A stretch of 64,000 bases of DNA from Octopus vulgaris (lineage: Eukaryota): NCBI GenBank assembly GCA_951406725.2, contig OX597815.1, positions 210,800,001-210,864,000 on the forward strand, in the 5' to 3' direction. A model generated the notes under the pieces. It was not told where the DNA came from. It worked only from the letters and a program-made list of their open reading frames with translations, and ran no database searches. Shown here one piece after another: positions 1 through 13,014 of the stretch. The translations under genes were made by a program, and so were the position numbers. Numbering within the stretch: the first letter of the stretch is position 1; each line of letters starts with the position of its first letter.

Positions 1-518
1 TCAAATGGGTGGAAATCCTAAAACAAATGTGTGTGTAGTTGGGGCTTTAACAGACATGGGTCAATTGCAGATCAGTCGTGAAAAGGAATTCAAATACCCA
101 TCAGCCACTCCGAAAAGACAGTTTCATGCCGTCATATCTCTTCCTCCCTCTCTCTCTCTCTCTCTCCCTCACACTTCCTCTCTCCCTTGCAAATTTAAGT
201 ATCTTAATTTTGTCTTTCTGTTCCTTGCTGCATTGTTGGACACATAGGCATGGATGTTGAGTAGTAGTAATACAACACATAGGTGGTGGTTTCAAATTTC
301 TTCCAGAAATTAAAAGAGATCTAGTTAAAACGTTTTATTTAATCAACAAAATTTCTTTCAATAATTTTTCTTTGTCTTCAGCGTGATACACGCGTCAGGC
401 ACGTGCGAAAAACAAATTGGCGTATTAATATTGATAATAATAAGAATGAGGAGAAGATAATGAAAAAGAAGAAGATAGTATGGGCACACACCAGAAAAGT
501 TCATAGGAAAAAAGACTA

Positions 519-699
<181 letters not shown>

Positions 700-1764
700 C
701 GCTATATATATAAATGCCAAATGTTTTGGTGAGTTACATTTGGCCTACGCTGTATACATACACGCATACATACACATAGCCATATCGTCAATGTGATTCG
801 ATTACTTCACTTATTGTTGTAACAATTTTTATATCAATACTTGATGCTACCCGTAGCTACAATTTTATGCATTTTAAAACAATTTCGAAACGTTTCATTA
901 AAATGTGAGCTGTTAATGAACACTTACGACTGTGCAATGTCTTAATAATAAATAGATTGGAAGCAATGAAATTAATATTCAAGTGACTCGTAAGCTTTGT
1001 CAGTGAAATATTTCTCTAGTAAGAACCACGTAACAGGGAAGTCCGATACCGTTGCTTTGAAAAGCTCAATGTGATCATCACATTTATAGACTAATTGCCG
1101 AGAATTCTTTCAACTAAGCGAATAGATTAGTGACCTCTTATTTTGCAGCTATGACTGGCACGTATAGAAGCAATAAACATAACACTACAGCTTAAACGAA
1201 CAATATAGGCGACTCCAATTTTCTCTGCAAAATCTATAATAAATTCAATTATTTTATTGCATTATCTTTACTCGTTAACGTTGATACGTATTATATACAA
1301 GAGTGTAATATAGTATTTACTATTATAATATCCGTATCAATAACTTTAGTTTGTTTATTGACAAAATTACATCGATACATTTCCAAAGAAATAGAAAAAT
1401 GGTCTAAATTATATCCTCCTCAGATATTTAAAAACATTTTTAAGGTTTATCTTGAAATGTTATGTCTTACTTAAATAAAAAAAAAGGTTGCAATAGCACC
1501 AACAATCATAAACTAAGTGACCCCTTATTGAAAATTTATAGAATTATTTTTGAAGTTATTAGCAAATTAATTGTTATAATTATATAGTTTCAGAGATCTT
1601 TTCACATCCAGGAATAATATGCATTGGTTAAATGCGTGCGAATCAAGTACGTTCTAACACGATAATTTGAGTTCACCATTTCTCACAAAGTTCCGGACTT
1701 TGGGCAAAAGAAAGTACAGGATAATTAGTACATTATGATTCTATTCAACATATTCCGTTCTCAG

Positions 1765-1935
1765 ATTCAAACACTTATTGCAGCAGTCCTTCAGTTTTCT
1801 AAGCCATGTAAGAGAACTGGGAAGGTTGGGCGTCCAACCAGGCCTTTAGCGATACCTATCAAGCGAGAAACTTTTCAGCTTCAGGTAACATATCTGTAAG
1901 AGGTGCCGTGCCCTGTGAGGTTTTTCCCATTTTCC
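1765..1935 (+). mobile_element. Possible piggyBac-like transposase C-terminal remnant
   Basis: Reads QTLIAAVLQFSKPCKRTGKVGRP..., then after a stop EVPCPVRFFP. This resembles the F...IA..L...KRGRP...P..VR....HFP stretch of piggyBac-type proteins. Short and degenerate. Confidence 0.25.
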
Positions 1936-3249
1936 ATTGTATTTGAACATTAGTTAATATAAGTAGTTATAATCGAAAAGTGAAATCTAGATTTTGACTG
2001 CTTCTCACAGGGTACCTATGTTATATGGTAATAAAATAAATAAATATTTTAATTTATTAGTGGGAGGAAATGTAGTTGAGAAGTTCATGTCTTTATAGGA
2101 ATATTTCATTTTTAACTGAATGGCTTTTATATTGAAATCCAAGTTAGTTGTTGAATCTGGTTATTGAAAATAACCTTAATCCTTTAACACTGGTTTAATA
2201 GTTAGAAAATTAAGGATATGTTACATTTGAATTATTCATTACCTTTATGACTAAATGAAACGTGTGAATTGTCTCCATTTTGTTTCAGTTGAATAATGTA
2301 AGTCCTTTATTTTAAGTGCAATTATCTTAGTTTAATGTGAATGATAAAAATATTTAAGGCTCTTTTAATGCCAGCTTGGTAAAAGATTTTGCTATATTAC
2401 GTATGTTAAACATTTGTGCAAAGAGAATCAATAACTAATCATTAATGATATATGTGGAAACCCTGAATTATTTTAGTTATTCCTTATAATTTATTTCGAT
2501 AAGATGTCGTTTGTTTCGATAGAGACCCTACCAATTTTTAAGGAGATGCATCACGTTTGTTTCATACAGTCGTACAAGGTTCTAGGCAGACTATTAACGT
2601 AACATCATGGTGCTTTGACACACCTTTTACTCTCTTACATGCAAAACTTTAAAGCTAGATCTGTCATAGAGTTTTACACCATCTCCTTTACCTACCATTT
2701 GTAGACTGCGGTACAACCTCCACCATCAGTGATTTGTAACAGTCGAACCATCTCTCTGAAGAGCAAATATTTGATTCCAGTTCTGCTATCAAGTTTGCAC
2801 ACGATAATGAAGCTTCAACCATAAACATTTGACTGCGCTTCTGTAGATTTCACTCTCGTATCTCCTCACATCTGTCACGCTGTTATCAGCAATGAGGATT
2901 TCCTGTCACCTCGGATTAAAATCTCTCTCCTCCATTCTTCTAAATACTTTTGCTATATCCCTGGTTTAAATACAGCTAATATTCATTTTCTCTGGTAGAA
3001 ACTGAGAAGAAGAAAATATTTCCCTTGCTGCAGTACCAATCTATTTAAATAAATTTCACGTAAGTATTGGTATCTGTTTCCACACGTACTCAAAGGGGAT
3101 TACATTCCCCGAGAATGCTAACTGTTACCTGAGTGAAATGACATTACATGATGGTAAAACTAGTGGTAATAAAATTAATCTTGTGCTAATGTAATTAAAT
3201 CTAGATTGAGATATTTTAAACTAGAAAAGGATGGACGCAATCATAAAAT

Positions 3250-3433
3250 ATTGGTTTCAAATTTTGGTACAAGGCCAGCAATTTCGTGGGAGGAGATAGG
3301 TCGATTACATCAAGCTCCTGTGCTCAACTGCTACTTATTTTATCAAACCCGAAAGGATGAAAAACAAGGCTGACCTCGGCGGAATTTGAACTCAAAACTT
3401 AAAGACAGACGAAATGCCGCTACGGACGTTGCC
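3250..3433 (-). mobile_element. SINE family B copy (5' truncated, diverged)
   Basis: Reverse complement matches GAGTTCAAATTCCGCCGAGGTC...TTCATCCTTTCGGG..GATAAAATAAGTA, shared with copies at 26332, 32654, 34388 and 44545. Confidence 0.85.
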
Positions 3434-4639
3434 ACAGTCATAAATTATTACTGTAGAAATACCATCAGATAAAAGAAAAAGAGAAAGATACCTAATAAAC
3501 GAATCTGTTTTAGAAATTTACAACCGTACATGAGCGATGAGCTTATAATTTGCAACTGTCAGACATTAAGAGGAGATAAATAGCTGCTCAGAAACTATGG
3601 CTTTTCCTTTCAGCTGCAATCATTTACATGAAATTAGGCGTTAGGTTAGTTACTTCCATAACACAAATATATAGCATAAACGAGCATTTTGTATTCGTAA
3701 TAACATACTGTTTACAAGTTTAATTCGAAAATTTTTCTGAATATATGAAATCCTATAGATGCAAAACTAATTAAGGAGACATCTAATAAAAATTCTGTGT
3801 ATTTGATGGTAACAGAAGTATTTCTCTTGACTCCCTTGAGGTAAATATTCAAATGTGAGAAACCATTTTGAAAGTTATTATTTTAGTTTTCATACGTTTC
3901 TTATCTAAAATAGAGACATGCTTCATTTTACAAAAAAAAATTCATACCTGTTTCAAAATATTTTTCGGAAAAATTAAATAGCGAATAACCAGACGATTAT
4001 ATAACGGGATTTTAGCTAAAGCTAGGCTTTAACTGAAGCTGGTATATACGATGTCAGATGAGTCTCGAAATGAAGCGTAAATAAGTTTGATATCGATGAG
4101 TATTTGTTAATGAAAATAATGATAATAATTATTATTTCAATTTTGGCATATGACCAACAATTTTAGTCAGTTATTATCATCGGCTACTCTCTCCCCCAAA
4201 CTGCTGGCATTTTACCAAAATCTGAAAATAGCAATACCAGTAATAATTCGAGATACTTTCTACTATAGACACAAGGCCTGGATTTGCCCTTGTAGGGAAG
4301 AGAGCGATGACAAAATGCTTGTAAAATGACGAGGGTAATGGATAACAAACGTTTCAAAAGTGCTGGCCTAGGGCCCTACCCTTTCATGTTGATATAACAA
4401 AGATCAACTTTTAAGAAATCAGAGAGCTCAAAAGATCAGCTATCATGGATATGGTTTTCGTTGACATATAGTAAGGGAATAAGTATGAACTTAATATTGT
4501 GAGATAAAAACAAACAGTTGCTATATACAATTTATAATTAGACTATCGGGTAGACTGACCGAGACACAAGCGATCAGGTCTGATGCTTCTATAAGAGTAA
4601 TTAATAATACATTGGAATATAGAATTAAGTTTGTAATAT

Positions 4640-5250
4640 GCTCAGATGGTGAGCTGGACGTCAATAGTAATTTCTATAACTTAGATTATCTTTGTTCGTG
4701 CAAAAGATACTTGAAATAAATGTATCGAAGATAAAGAATAAATGGAACGAACTTAGTGATCAGTTACATAGTTTAGCAACAAAAAGATACCTAGATTTCT
4801 TGCGGAATAACTTCTACGATGCATTATACTTCATGGCTGTAAAAATATAATAGGAACATAAATTCATTAGATCAAGCATGACTAATTGGACATGCAGCGT
4901 TAACATTGTGTAAATATTAATTATTCTATCGAAAGGATTATCCAAATAAGCCAATATAATCGGTATTCATGAACAATTAATCTAAGCTGAAGCAAGAGAG
5001 AGGATTCACAAAATCTCAAACAATAAGAGAATTAAATTTAAATGAAGACATACAGAGGAGTGGAGAGATAGTGTGCTCTTTGGGTATTGATCTGACAAAT
5101 CTGGATATGTTTCCATTATACTGGGCGTTCTCAACGAATCAGAAATTTTTGTATAAATAAGAGTCATTGGTTTAGCAAATTGAAATAATGACAGTAAAAT
5201 TTCATATCGTTGCATTCTTCAGGAAGAACATATACTACAGGTTAACATGT
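4640..5250 (+). mobile_element. Highly decayed hAT-type transposase remnant
   Basis: Collinear frame-shifted motifs: DGELDVNS..IIFVRA (cf. DESTD...QL.IFVR), LGIDLTNL/VSII (cf. LVSITTDG) and YRCILQEE (cf. HCIIHQE). Confidence 0.4.
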
Positions 5251-6507
5251 CACAGGAGAGGACTGAAAATATTTTTCAATTGAATGAAATTATTACTATA
5301 ATGCCAAAAATTCTGTGATTTAATTAAAATGTATTCTCAGACGACGTGAGTGTCAAATCCCGAGATAAAAAGTTTAAATTTAAATTGGGACATGCAGAGC
5401 TATAACGCTAAGAATGATCTGTGATCACAGTTGTGTCAAGTTTGGACATCTTTTAGTCTTATTGGAACTCCTCAGCTAAAGTCTACGCATCTTGTGGGGA
5501 CTCTTGGTAAGTATTTAGTAGTCTACGCTTCACGGAGGGATCGCGATAAAATAGAAACGTAAAGTATGCGGAGTTAACACTATTGTTGTTAAAGATCAAT
5601 CTTACAAAGCATTAACATGCATGCATCACTTTAATCTAAGTGCTTACTTCGTTTAATTTGGGGGAGACCTACTCTTTGTTACAGATGATAATGACATGTT
5701 TTGCCATTCGTACTGTGATTTCAAATAATTAAAGAGTCTTTTTCTGCTACCATGTGAAACATTTTACTTTTATACACGTATCGTCTTTCATTTTTCTGCA
5801 TGCGAGTTTCAGAGTTTGATTTAAATAATAGAGGATTATTTTGTTATACGTATTTTATATTTAGTACAATTTTGTTTAGTTTGTTATATTTTCTTTCAGT
5901 TTGAGATGATGTTGATGTATGACTGACTTTATGTATGACTATGTGTACTTTTATGTATAAAAATGTGTACTTGTGTATGCACGCTTGCATGCTTTCCAGG
6001 AAGATATAATTAAAAAGGAAAAAAGACTAAAATAAAAGTTAGATAGTAACAAAAAATATTTTCCAAAGTCTTTTCGTTAGCCCACAATAACTTCAATGTA
6101 ATTTGCCACAGACTCACTTAATTTTCACAATCTCTAACCGAAAGTTTGCACTGATTTGCATTCAGAATGTGACTTGTTTAATTAATTAATAGTCTTTGTT
6201 GTGTCATCTCTTCATCTTTCTATGCTAATATCATTACCTCTGCTACGTTTGTTGTTTTGATGTTGTAGTTGTAATTATTGCTACTGCTGATGATGCTACT
6301 ACTGTAGCTGAAATAAAAGATAAACAATATATTAATGAGTGACAGACACCGTTGAAATACAGTAGCGTGATCAAGAATAATAATTTCTTGTGTAGTTTGT
6401 AGAAATGTTATTTAGTGTAATAATACGGTGAAGTGCTATGATGTATAACATGATGTTTGAGCACATAAATCATTTTAATTACTTAGAAGTGTAATGTGGT
6501 ACAGCAT

Positions 6508-6607
6508 NNNNNNNNNNNNNNNNNNNNNNNNNNNNNNNNNNNNNNNNNNNNNNNNNNNNNNNNNNNNNNNNNNNNNNNNNNNNNNNNNNNNNNNNNNNNN
6601 NNNNNNN
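6508..6607. other. Assembly gap (100 N)
   Basis: Run of N; the 17-mer GTAATGTGGTACAGCAT sits on both sides. Confidence 1.
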
Positions 6608-6789
6608 GTAATGTGGTACAGCATAATGCATATAAGTGTACTAATGGAAAATTTTTATACAGTTTAATGTTTAGAAACGTTCAAATATTTTCATATTTCG
6701 ATATGGCCAGAGCGTTCTCTATTTGTCCAATGATTCGAAACTTTTATTGCTTGGTCTGTTAGTATTTATTCATCATATCGTCATGTTCA

Positions 6790-7735
6790 ACACTGAATGG
6801 AGATAGAAAATTTTGTCGGAATAATTTTATTACTTTAGCTAGTGTTATTTTTGTACAGTTTTCTTCTGTGTTGCCGATTGAATTCCTTGAACCGATGGAA
6901 AATTGTGTAAGAAGCTCTAGATTCATAGATCTGTGATACCATGCATACAATAAAACATATATCTTACTGGCAAAAGTAGAACACTTGCTTAATTGCCTCA
7001 TAATGAATTAGTTCCATCTCCAATAGTTGTGAGTTTAAACCTTCCCGATATTGTCCTTTCTATTCTACTCTTCTTCAAATGCTGGTAAATAGTTTGCCAG
7101 TATACACAAGGAGCGTTCCTGTATGCAACATTCTTCGCTTTTCAAATATTAACTGCGTGCTAAAGAGATATATCAATACTTTGCGAACGAACATTGAAAG
7201 ATAAAGAGAGAAAAGGGGTTTCTTTCCTTAGTTTATAGCAAGCAGCTACAAACCACGGATCTCCTTATGAATATTGGTTATTCAATTTACCTTTCAAAAT
7301 GTAATCATAAAAGGGATTTACTCTTGAAACATTTGTAGCCTTGAACAAAATTTCCCATCCTAACAGTTTTTAATTAAATTAATTTTTCTAATTTTTATTC
7401 TATAAAATACATTCGGTTAAGTAAATTTGCGTTGCTGGTGTCTTTTTTCTCAGGCATAATGTAATCCAGCAGATGGACGTTACCTGAGATAAATATTGTC
7501 TATAGAAATACTAATAATCTATGCTGTTTATAGAGTAAAATGATAACCATATTTGTATAAACATATTTTTGCGTTGTATAAGCAGCTTGAGATCCGACAA
7601 CTTGACGACACATTGCTTGGCTGCAGCGAGTGTTCATTCCAATTTGGAATATTCAGATAAACGAGGTTTATCTGCTTTCCAATCTTTATTCGTTTGACAA
7701 CCATAAGAGAGGCAACAACTTTTTCTGATATTCAC
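6790..7735 (-). mobile_element. Decayed THAP-domain + P-superfamily transposase fossil
   Basis: Minus strand, in order: RKSCCLSYGCQTN (THAP-like C..C), GYHF, AACYKLRKETPFLSL (cf. AY..LR....LP), QER.LCIL, ASKI/CFIV/HGIT...ASY (cf. LCFMV.GL...Y..P..YF), ITLAKVIK. Many stops and frameshifts. Confidence 0.55.
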
Positions 7736-7807
7736 TGTTATAAAAGAAAATATAAAATATACTATCTGTATAACCATAGATTTGTTTAGTAGCATTTTTA
7801 TATAAAA

Positions 7808-8202
7808 CTAGCAGTATCGCCCGGCGTTGCTCGGGTTTGTAAGGGAAATTACTATATAAGCATTTTTAGAGATCTAAAGTATAATAGCCATCTCAATATG
7901 GCTAACCACAAGGGGGTGGGGGTGTTACTGTAGCTTTTTACGTTCTGAGATTTAATAATACATTTTTAGAGAGTTACTTCCCTTATATATGCCAAAAATG
8001 CATTAAAAATAGGAAAAATTGATGGTAATTTTTTTTTAATCGTAGACTCATCGTAGACGCGCGCTAATACGCAGAAGGGCTCGATATGAATCACGACTAT
8101 AAGATACCCGGTTTTTGGTTAAACTGCACCGCAAAATGTGGGAGTAGTTAGGAATCTAAATCGTAGGAGACAGACACACAACTTCACTTTTATATATAAA
8201 GA
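7808..8202 (-). mobile_element. Non-autonomous Helitron with both termini
   Basis: Minus strand starts TCTTTATATATAAAA and ends with hairpin CCCGAGCAACGCCGGG, a short spacer and CTAG; sits between A and T with no TSD. Confidence 0.9.
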
Positions 8203-8595
8203 TTACTTCTACTTAACTTATATGTTGGTCTCTCTTCGAAAATGGCATGCATTTTGGTATATCCTTTTTAATTTTGTATTTAATACATACAGACATTTAT
8301 ATTCATATATACATATTTTCTTGTGTCTAGCTCTTCTTGTATGAGAAAAATTATCTTTGTGTGTTATTAATACTTTAAAATGAAAACATTTTACTTAATT
8401 CCCTCAGCCTCACCTAATAAGTAATATGACTTCCGTTTTTTTCCGTGTTGATATCGTTTTCCACTGAACTGCTTTGACTGTGATAGCAGTGAAATCATCT
8501 GTAATTCACTCTAATGAATATATAAGTGTTCTAGTGTGCATTACCTAACCAAGTCACACTTACACAAACGACAAACTGAAAACTTTGACATCGTC

Positions 8596-8738
8596 CATTA
8601 TTTACATTATTTACATTATTTACATTCGACAGATATTTGTCCTCAGCTTTGTTGTTAACACAACGTTTCGGCTGATATACCCTCCAGCCTTCTTCAGGTG
8701 TCTTGGGGAAATTTCGAACCTGGGTTCTCATTCCTAGG

Positions 8739-8800
<62 letters not shown>

Positions 8801-8912
8801 GTTGTTGTTGTTGTTGTTGTTGTTATTATTATTATTCAGGTCACTGCTTGGAATCGAACTGGGAATTTGGGGGTTAGTAGCCCACGCTCTTAACCACTGC
8901 GCCATATGCCCA
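8596..8912 (-). mobile_element. tRNA-headed SINE-like element with internal (AAT/AAC)n and hammerhead-bearing tail
   Basis: A box TGGCGCAGTGG (8904-8894), anticodon-like loop CTACTAA, B box GTTCGATTCC (8859-8850), microsatellite, then a conserved tail shared with 61029-61610 and 57298-57373. Confidence 0.8.
8657..8702 (-). ncRNA. Minimal type I hammerhead ribozyme motif (Penelope-type, dimer-dependent)
   Basis: GACAC-CUGAAGA-A-GGCUG-(10 nt)-CAGCC-GAAAC-GUU-GUGUU: stem I GACAC/GUGUU, intact core, 5-bp stem II, palindromic AACGUU in place of stem III. Confidence 0.7.
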
Positions 8913-8979
8913 CATATGTAAATAATGTAAATAACGTACATAATTCCTCCTCTCTTAAATGTAGAACTGGATGACATTG

Positions 8980-9160
8980 TCGTTGTCATTTAACCAAAGT
9001 CATATTCCTTCCATTTCATCCGTAACCATTTCGTGTTTATCACTCAAAAGGTATCTAGGTATTTGTCTGTCCTTTAAAAGAGAATAGGATGATATTTGAT
9101 GAGGATTCGGCTGCCATTTCTAGCAAACCAAATGACTGCAAAGCTGCTCCCTTCGCTAAT
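8980..9160 (-). mobile_element. Old interspersed repeat family D (SINE-like), diverged copy
   Basis: Motif close to CTAGAAATAGCAGCCAAATC and an AACAAC-type tail; related copies near 24290-24478 (+), 46240-46480 (+), 53370-53570 (-) and 58125-58330 (-). Confidence 0.5.
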
Positions 9161-10214
9161 ATTTTAAAACGCTATGAAACAGATGAAATAATAATTAGAT
9201 AATATTCATATATCAGAGCACAGAAGTTTATCAGAACTACATCAATTAAAAGACAGGAAGCTATATTAAATTCTAATGGTGATATGTTGATAGATTTTAA
9301 TTCGCGTCTTCCTACTGAGAATTATGAGCAATAAAATAACAGTCGACTGCTTTCCTGTGGAGATGTACCTTTACTGAAACAGCATTTAATCAACAATTGC
9401 CATAGATATGTATATTAGATGGTGACGGAGGGAAAGGGAGTGGAAAATAGCAGACATACAACAGCCACTAATAAATACTGCATTATTTAATTATATTGTT
9501 ATTGTCAAATTAATAAATTACTAGTGCATCTGTCATGTGAAACTCGTAATAAAAATTACTGATATAAACACCGGGACGACTGATAAAGCTTTTCTTAAAA
9601 TCATTCATTCATGCCATCGCTATCATAAATTGTCTTGCAATTAACAACACCTTCACATTTGTTACCACTATCACCATTAACAAGAGCAACAGTAATAATG
9701 AGGATAATAGAATTCCAGCCATGAGCTCAACATCCTTTACCACCAATACTAAAATAAACTCAGTTCACCATGAAATATTTCACCATACAAATCAATCAGA
9801 ATCATTTCAAACATAATTCAGACACACCACAGTAAACATTAATAATACTGCTAACACCCTATTAATCATCGACTTATCCCGCTACAATCTCACTCCACCA
9901 CCATTACAGTTTCATCGTAATTTCAATAATAACGCCATTATGACAAATTGTATCTTGCTACAAACGCATCACCATCTTTCTCATCACTAACTCGAAACAA
10001 CGTAATAGACACATCTTCATCAAAATAACCATAAAGATTTTTTTTTATCTTTCGGTTTTCATTTGCTAACATGGATCGAATCAGTGTACCATGTAGCATG
10101 TTGTTATTCATTTCAACATTTTGGTATCACTTTTATGAGATACATGATACCAAGTTCCGATCTTACCTCTTATTCCTCTATCTTCGTTGGTTTCTGTTTT
10201 CCATGTTTAACTTT

Positions 10215-11080
10215 CAATGAGAGTGTTGAACACTTTTACCTTGCATCTTTGCGTACATCCCCATTGCAGGTTCATAGCAACACAGTCGTATCCTATGCAT
10301 GCACTGACTGCTAATTTCAATGTCCAACAGCTCTTTAATTTAACATTGACTGCATGTTCCCCGTAAAGTAACATGGCATGTTCAAACCAGCAGTAAGATC
10401 GATTCAAATTACAATCTTCTCTGGTTAAAAAAAGGATATATTTAAGAAGGTAAACACTAATTCAAAACAGATGTGAATTTTATATTGAATATGGTGCCCC
10501 TTTCCTACGTGACAAAGTGGTATAAAGAGGTACTGTAAAGTCAGGCAGTCAATCATTGTGGGAGTTCAGTAGTAGTAGAGTCGTTGTACGAGTTCTTAGA
10601 TGGAGTCAGTATCAGCTACGTGATATATACGAGTTCGAGTTACCGTCAAGTTTGACGTTTCCAAGTCATTTTCCTTGCGGAGGTATCAGTGATAACACGA
10701 TAGACAGGTTAAAGATCAGACGCGGAATATTGCCGCAGCATAATAGTAGAGACAAGAGAATATTACAGTGCTGACAATTTTCTATTTACATCATCATATA
10801 TTTTACGCATGCTTCACCCAATTTTCATTCTGTATGATTGAAATAACCACTCCTTATCAATAGAAGTAGCACATTTTTCTGTCTGTGGCTATTCTTGTCT
10901 CTAGCTCCAGCCTTGTTTGCCAAGCACTCATATCGCTCTTCAACCTGCTTGCTTGTCTCATCAACAAGGTCGTACGAGCAACGAGAATTCTTTCTTTCCA
11001 CGGCGACAATCCATCGGATTCTCTCTGTCATAAATCTTTTTGCTCTAACAGGCTTCATTTTACCGACACATACACTGAAA
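10215..11080 (-). mobile_element. Possible decayed Helitron-type Rep/helicase pieces
   Basis: Near 11070-10995: VGKM..AKRF..E..DG.C.RGK (cf. Helitron N-terminal zinc finger). Near 10400-10230: TAGL...MNLQWGCT/KMQGKSV (cf. Pif1 motif W..T.HK.QG). Same strand and correct order. Confidence 0.4.
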
Positions 11081-11461
11081 AAAAATCTCTTGTATCCACT
11101 CCTTCAGTCTCGCAAAGAAGGAAGACATCGTGATAAGCACTACGGCCCTTCCTCTCTGGATTCTTTCTCGAAATTAAGAAAGGTAATACATAGTAAAATT
11201 CTTTTGAATAATTTTAACTAATAACTTCCAAGAGCAATTTAATTGACACAAATTCAGTGTTGATATTACAAGTAGGAACCAAAGACATATATGACCTTTG
11301 CATATATATTACTGCAATATATGTTGTGAATTTCTATGATCAGAGATGCAAACATCCGATTATTCGTCAAAAACACATAATATTTAAGAGTAAATAGGAA
11401 ACGCGTATTTATTATAGATATAGATATACATAAATAGATATACATAAATGATATACATAAA

Positions 11462-11518
<57 letters not shown>

Positions 11519-11521
<3 letters not shown>

Positions 11522-11663
11522 GTAGGGGTGGCTGTGTGGTAAGTAGCTTGCTTGCGAACCACATGGTTCCGGGTTCAGTCCCACTGCGTGGCACTTTGGG
11601 CAAGTGTCTTCTACTATAGCCTCGGGCCGATCAAAGCCTTGTGAGTGGATTTGGTATACGGAA

Positions 11664-11702
<39 letters not shown>

Positions 11703-11898
11703 ATGTTTGTGTGTCTGTGTTTGTCCCCCCGATGCTGATATGTTTACGTCCCCGTAACTTAGCCGTTCGACAAAATAGACGATGAAATAAGTACTAGGCT
11801 TACAAAGAATAAGTCCTGGGGTCGATTTGCTCGACTAAAGGCGGTGCTACAGCATGGCCGCAGTCAAAGGACTGAAACAAGTAAAAGAGTTAAAGGAG
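11519..11898 (+). mobile_element. tRNA-derived SINE family A, full length
   Basis: A box TGGCTGTGTGG, B box GGTTCAGTCCC, CORE-like TTGGGCAAGT segment, internal (TA)n, tail GACTGAAACAAGTAAAAGAG; near-identical copies at 35380, 39963 and 55611. Confidence 0.92.
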
Positions 11899-12149
11899 TT
11901 ATATATATATATGCATTCCATGTTTGCCTCGAGTTCACTGGTTTATGAGACAAGGCTTTTCCTGATTTTCGAGATATTTCATTGACAAAACTTCGCTCTG
12001 AAAGTGAGGCCATTCTGTTTTATCCAGCTGTCACTGATACCCATTTTCAGATGTGTAGACAAGAGTAATGCAAAATGGCGTACCTTGGTCTTCACGATCA
12101 TCCATCCAATTTCATCAACTATAGACCGCATCACTTAGCTACATATGCA

Positions 12150-12460
12150 TAAATTAAGCCACCTTCTACACTGTTGACAAAGCTGGAGTATCGTTCCCTA
12201 AAGTAGCAATCAAGTCATCATGAATGTCCTTGGGAACAAACCCTTCGTCTGCGTGTACTCATTAATAAGATGCTCACTTTTTATCGATTTCCAAGAGAAG
12301 TCGCAACTAGTTCCCTTTGAAATCTTCTTTGAACAGTCAGATGTCAATTTACCTGGATGAAAAACAATGCCGTTATTAATAAGAGAAGTTGAAATGAATG
12401 CATGCAAGATTTCACGGTTCTAACACAACTACTTCATTGACAGCCTATGTGCTTTTCAGC
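12150..12460 (-). mobile_element. Mariner transposon 5' fragment
   Basis: TKGL..KDIHDDLIATLGNDTPALSTV matches the mariner N-terminal HTH (KGL.PKDIH.DM..TLG..AP..STV). Confidence 0.6.
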
Positions 12461-13014
12461 CAGATACCGCAAATCATATGAATATGTAATATTGTATTAT
12501 CTGCTTGGGTAATGATAATTGATTATTTTTCTGAAGTAAATATATAAATGCGTTTCATTGACTTTGCATGCAGGCATAGATTGTTGGGAGTTTACATACC
12601 TTTATAGCTTTATCTGTGTGTATCTGTGTGTATGTATGCGTGTGTGTGTGCACGTGCATATGGATGTGAACATAGATGTCTGTGTGTGTGTGTGTGTTCT
12701 TGTGTAAGTACGTATTTATGTACGAATACCCAATATTTTTAAAAATTAATTTTCTGAACGCTTAGGAAATTGATGGAATAAAGGTAGCGGACAATGCAAA
12801 ATAGTTGCTTTTCTTGACTTTCTGAACGATTAAATTATTGATCTTTCATTCTTTCTGTAAAATGACACATGTTTTCAGCAGATCAAGCAGTCATACATCG
12901 GGACATCTTTTGTTTCAAGGCCACTGCCTTTACTTGGTTCCTCGATCTACAGAAAATAAGAGCCAAATTTCCTTCAATTCAATTCATCTCATTTTAGAAA
13001 GAAAATCATATGGA

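Noticed and set aside
1765-1884. 120-nt phase-0 host exon (CAG|...CAG|GTAACA)
   Set aside because: Splice signals are plausible, but the peptide and its continuation past the donor look more like a piggyBac remnant; unresolved without RNA-seq.
6496-6762. ORF spanning the N run
   Set aside because: Artefact of translating the gap.
8840-8912. Functional tRNA gene (ACT at the anticodon position)
   Set aside because: No proper acceptor stem, weak anticodon stem, and embedded in a multi-copy repeat; treated as a SINE head.
10470-10790. Solo LTR (TG...TATAAA...CA); similar impression at 28850-29060
   Set aside because: No TSD, PBS or second copy identifiable.
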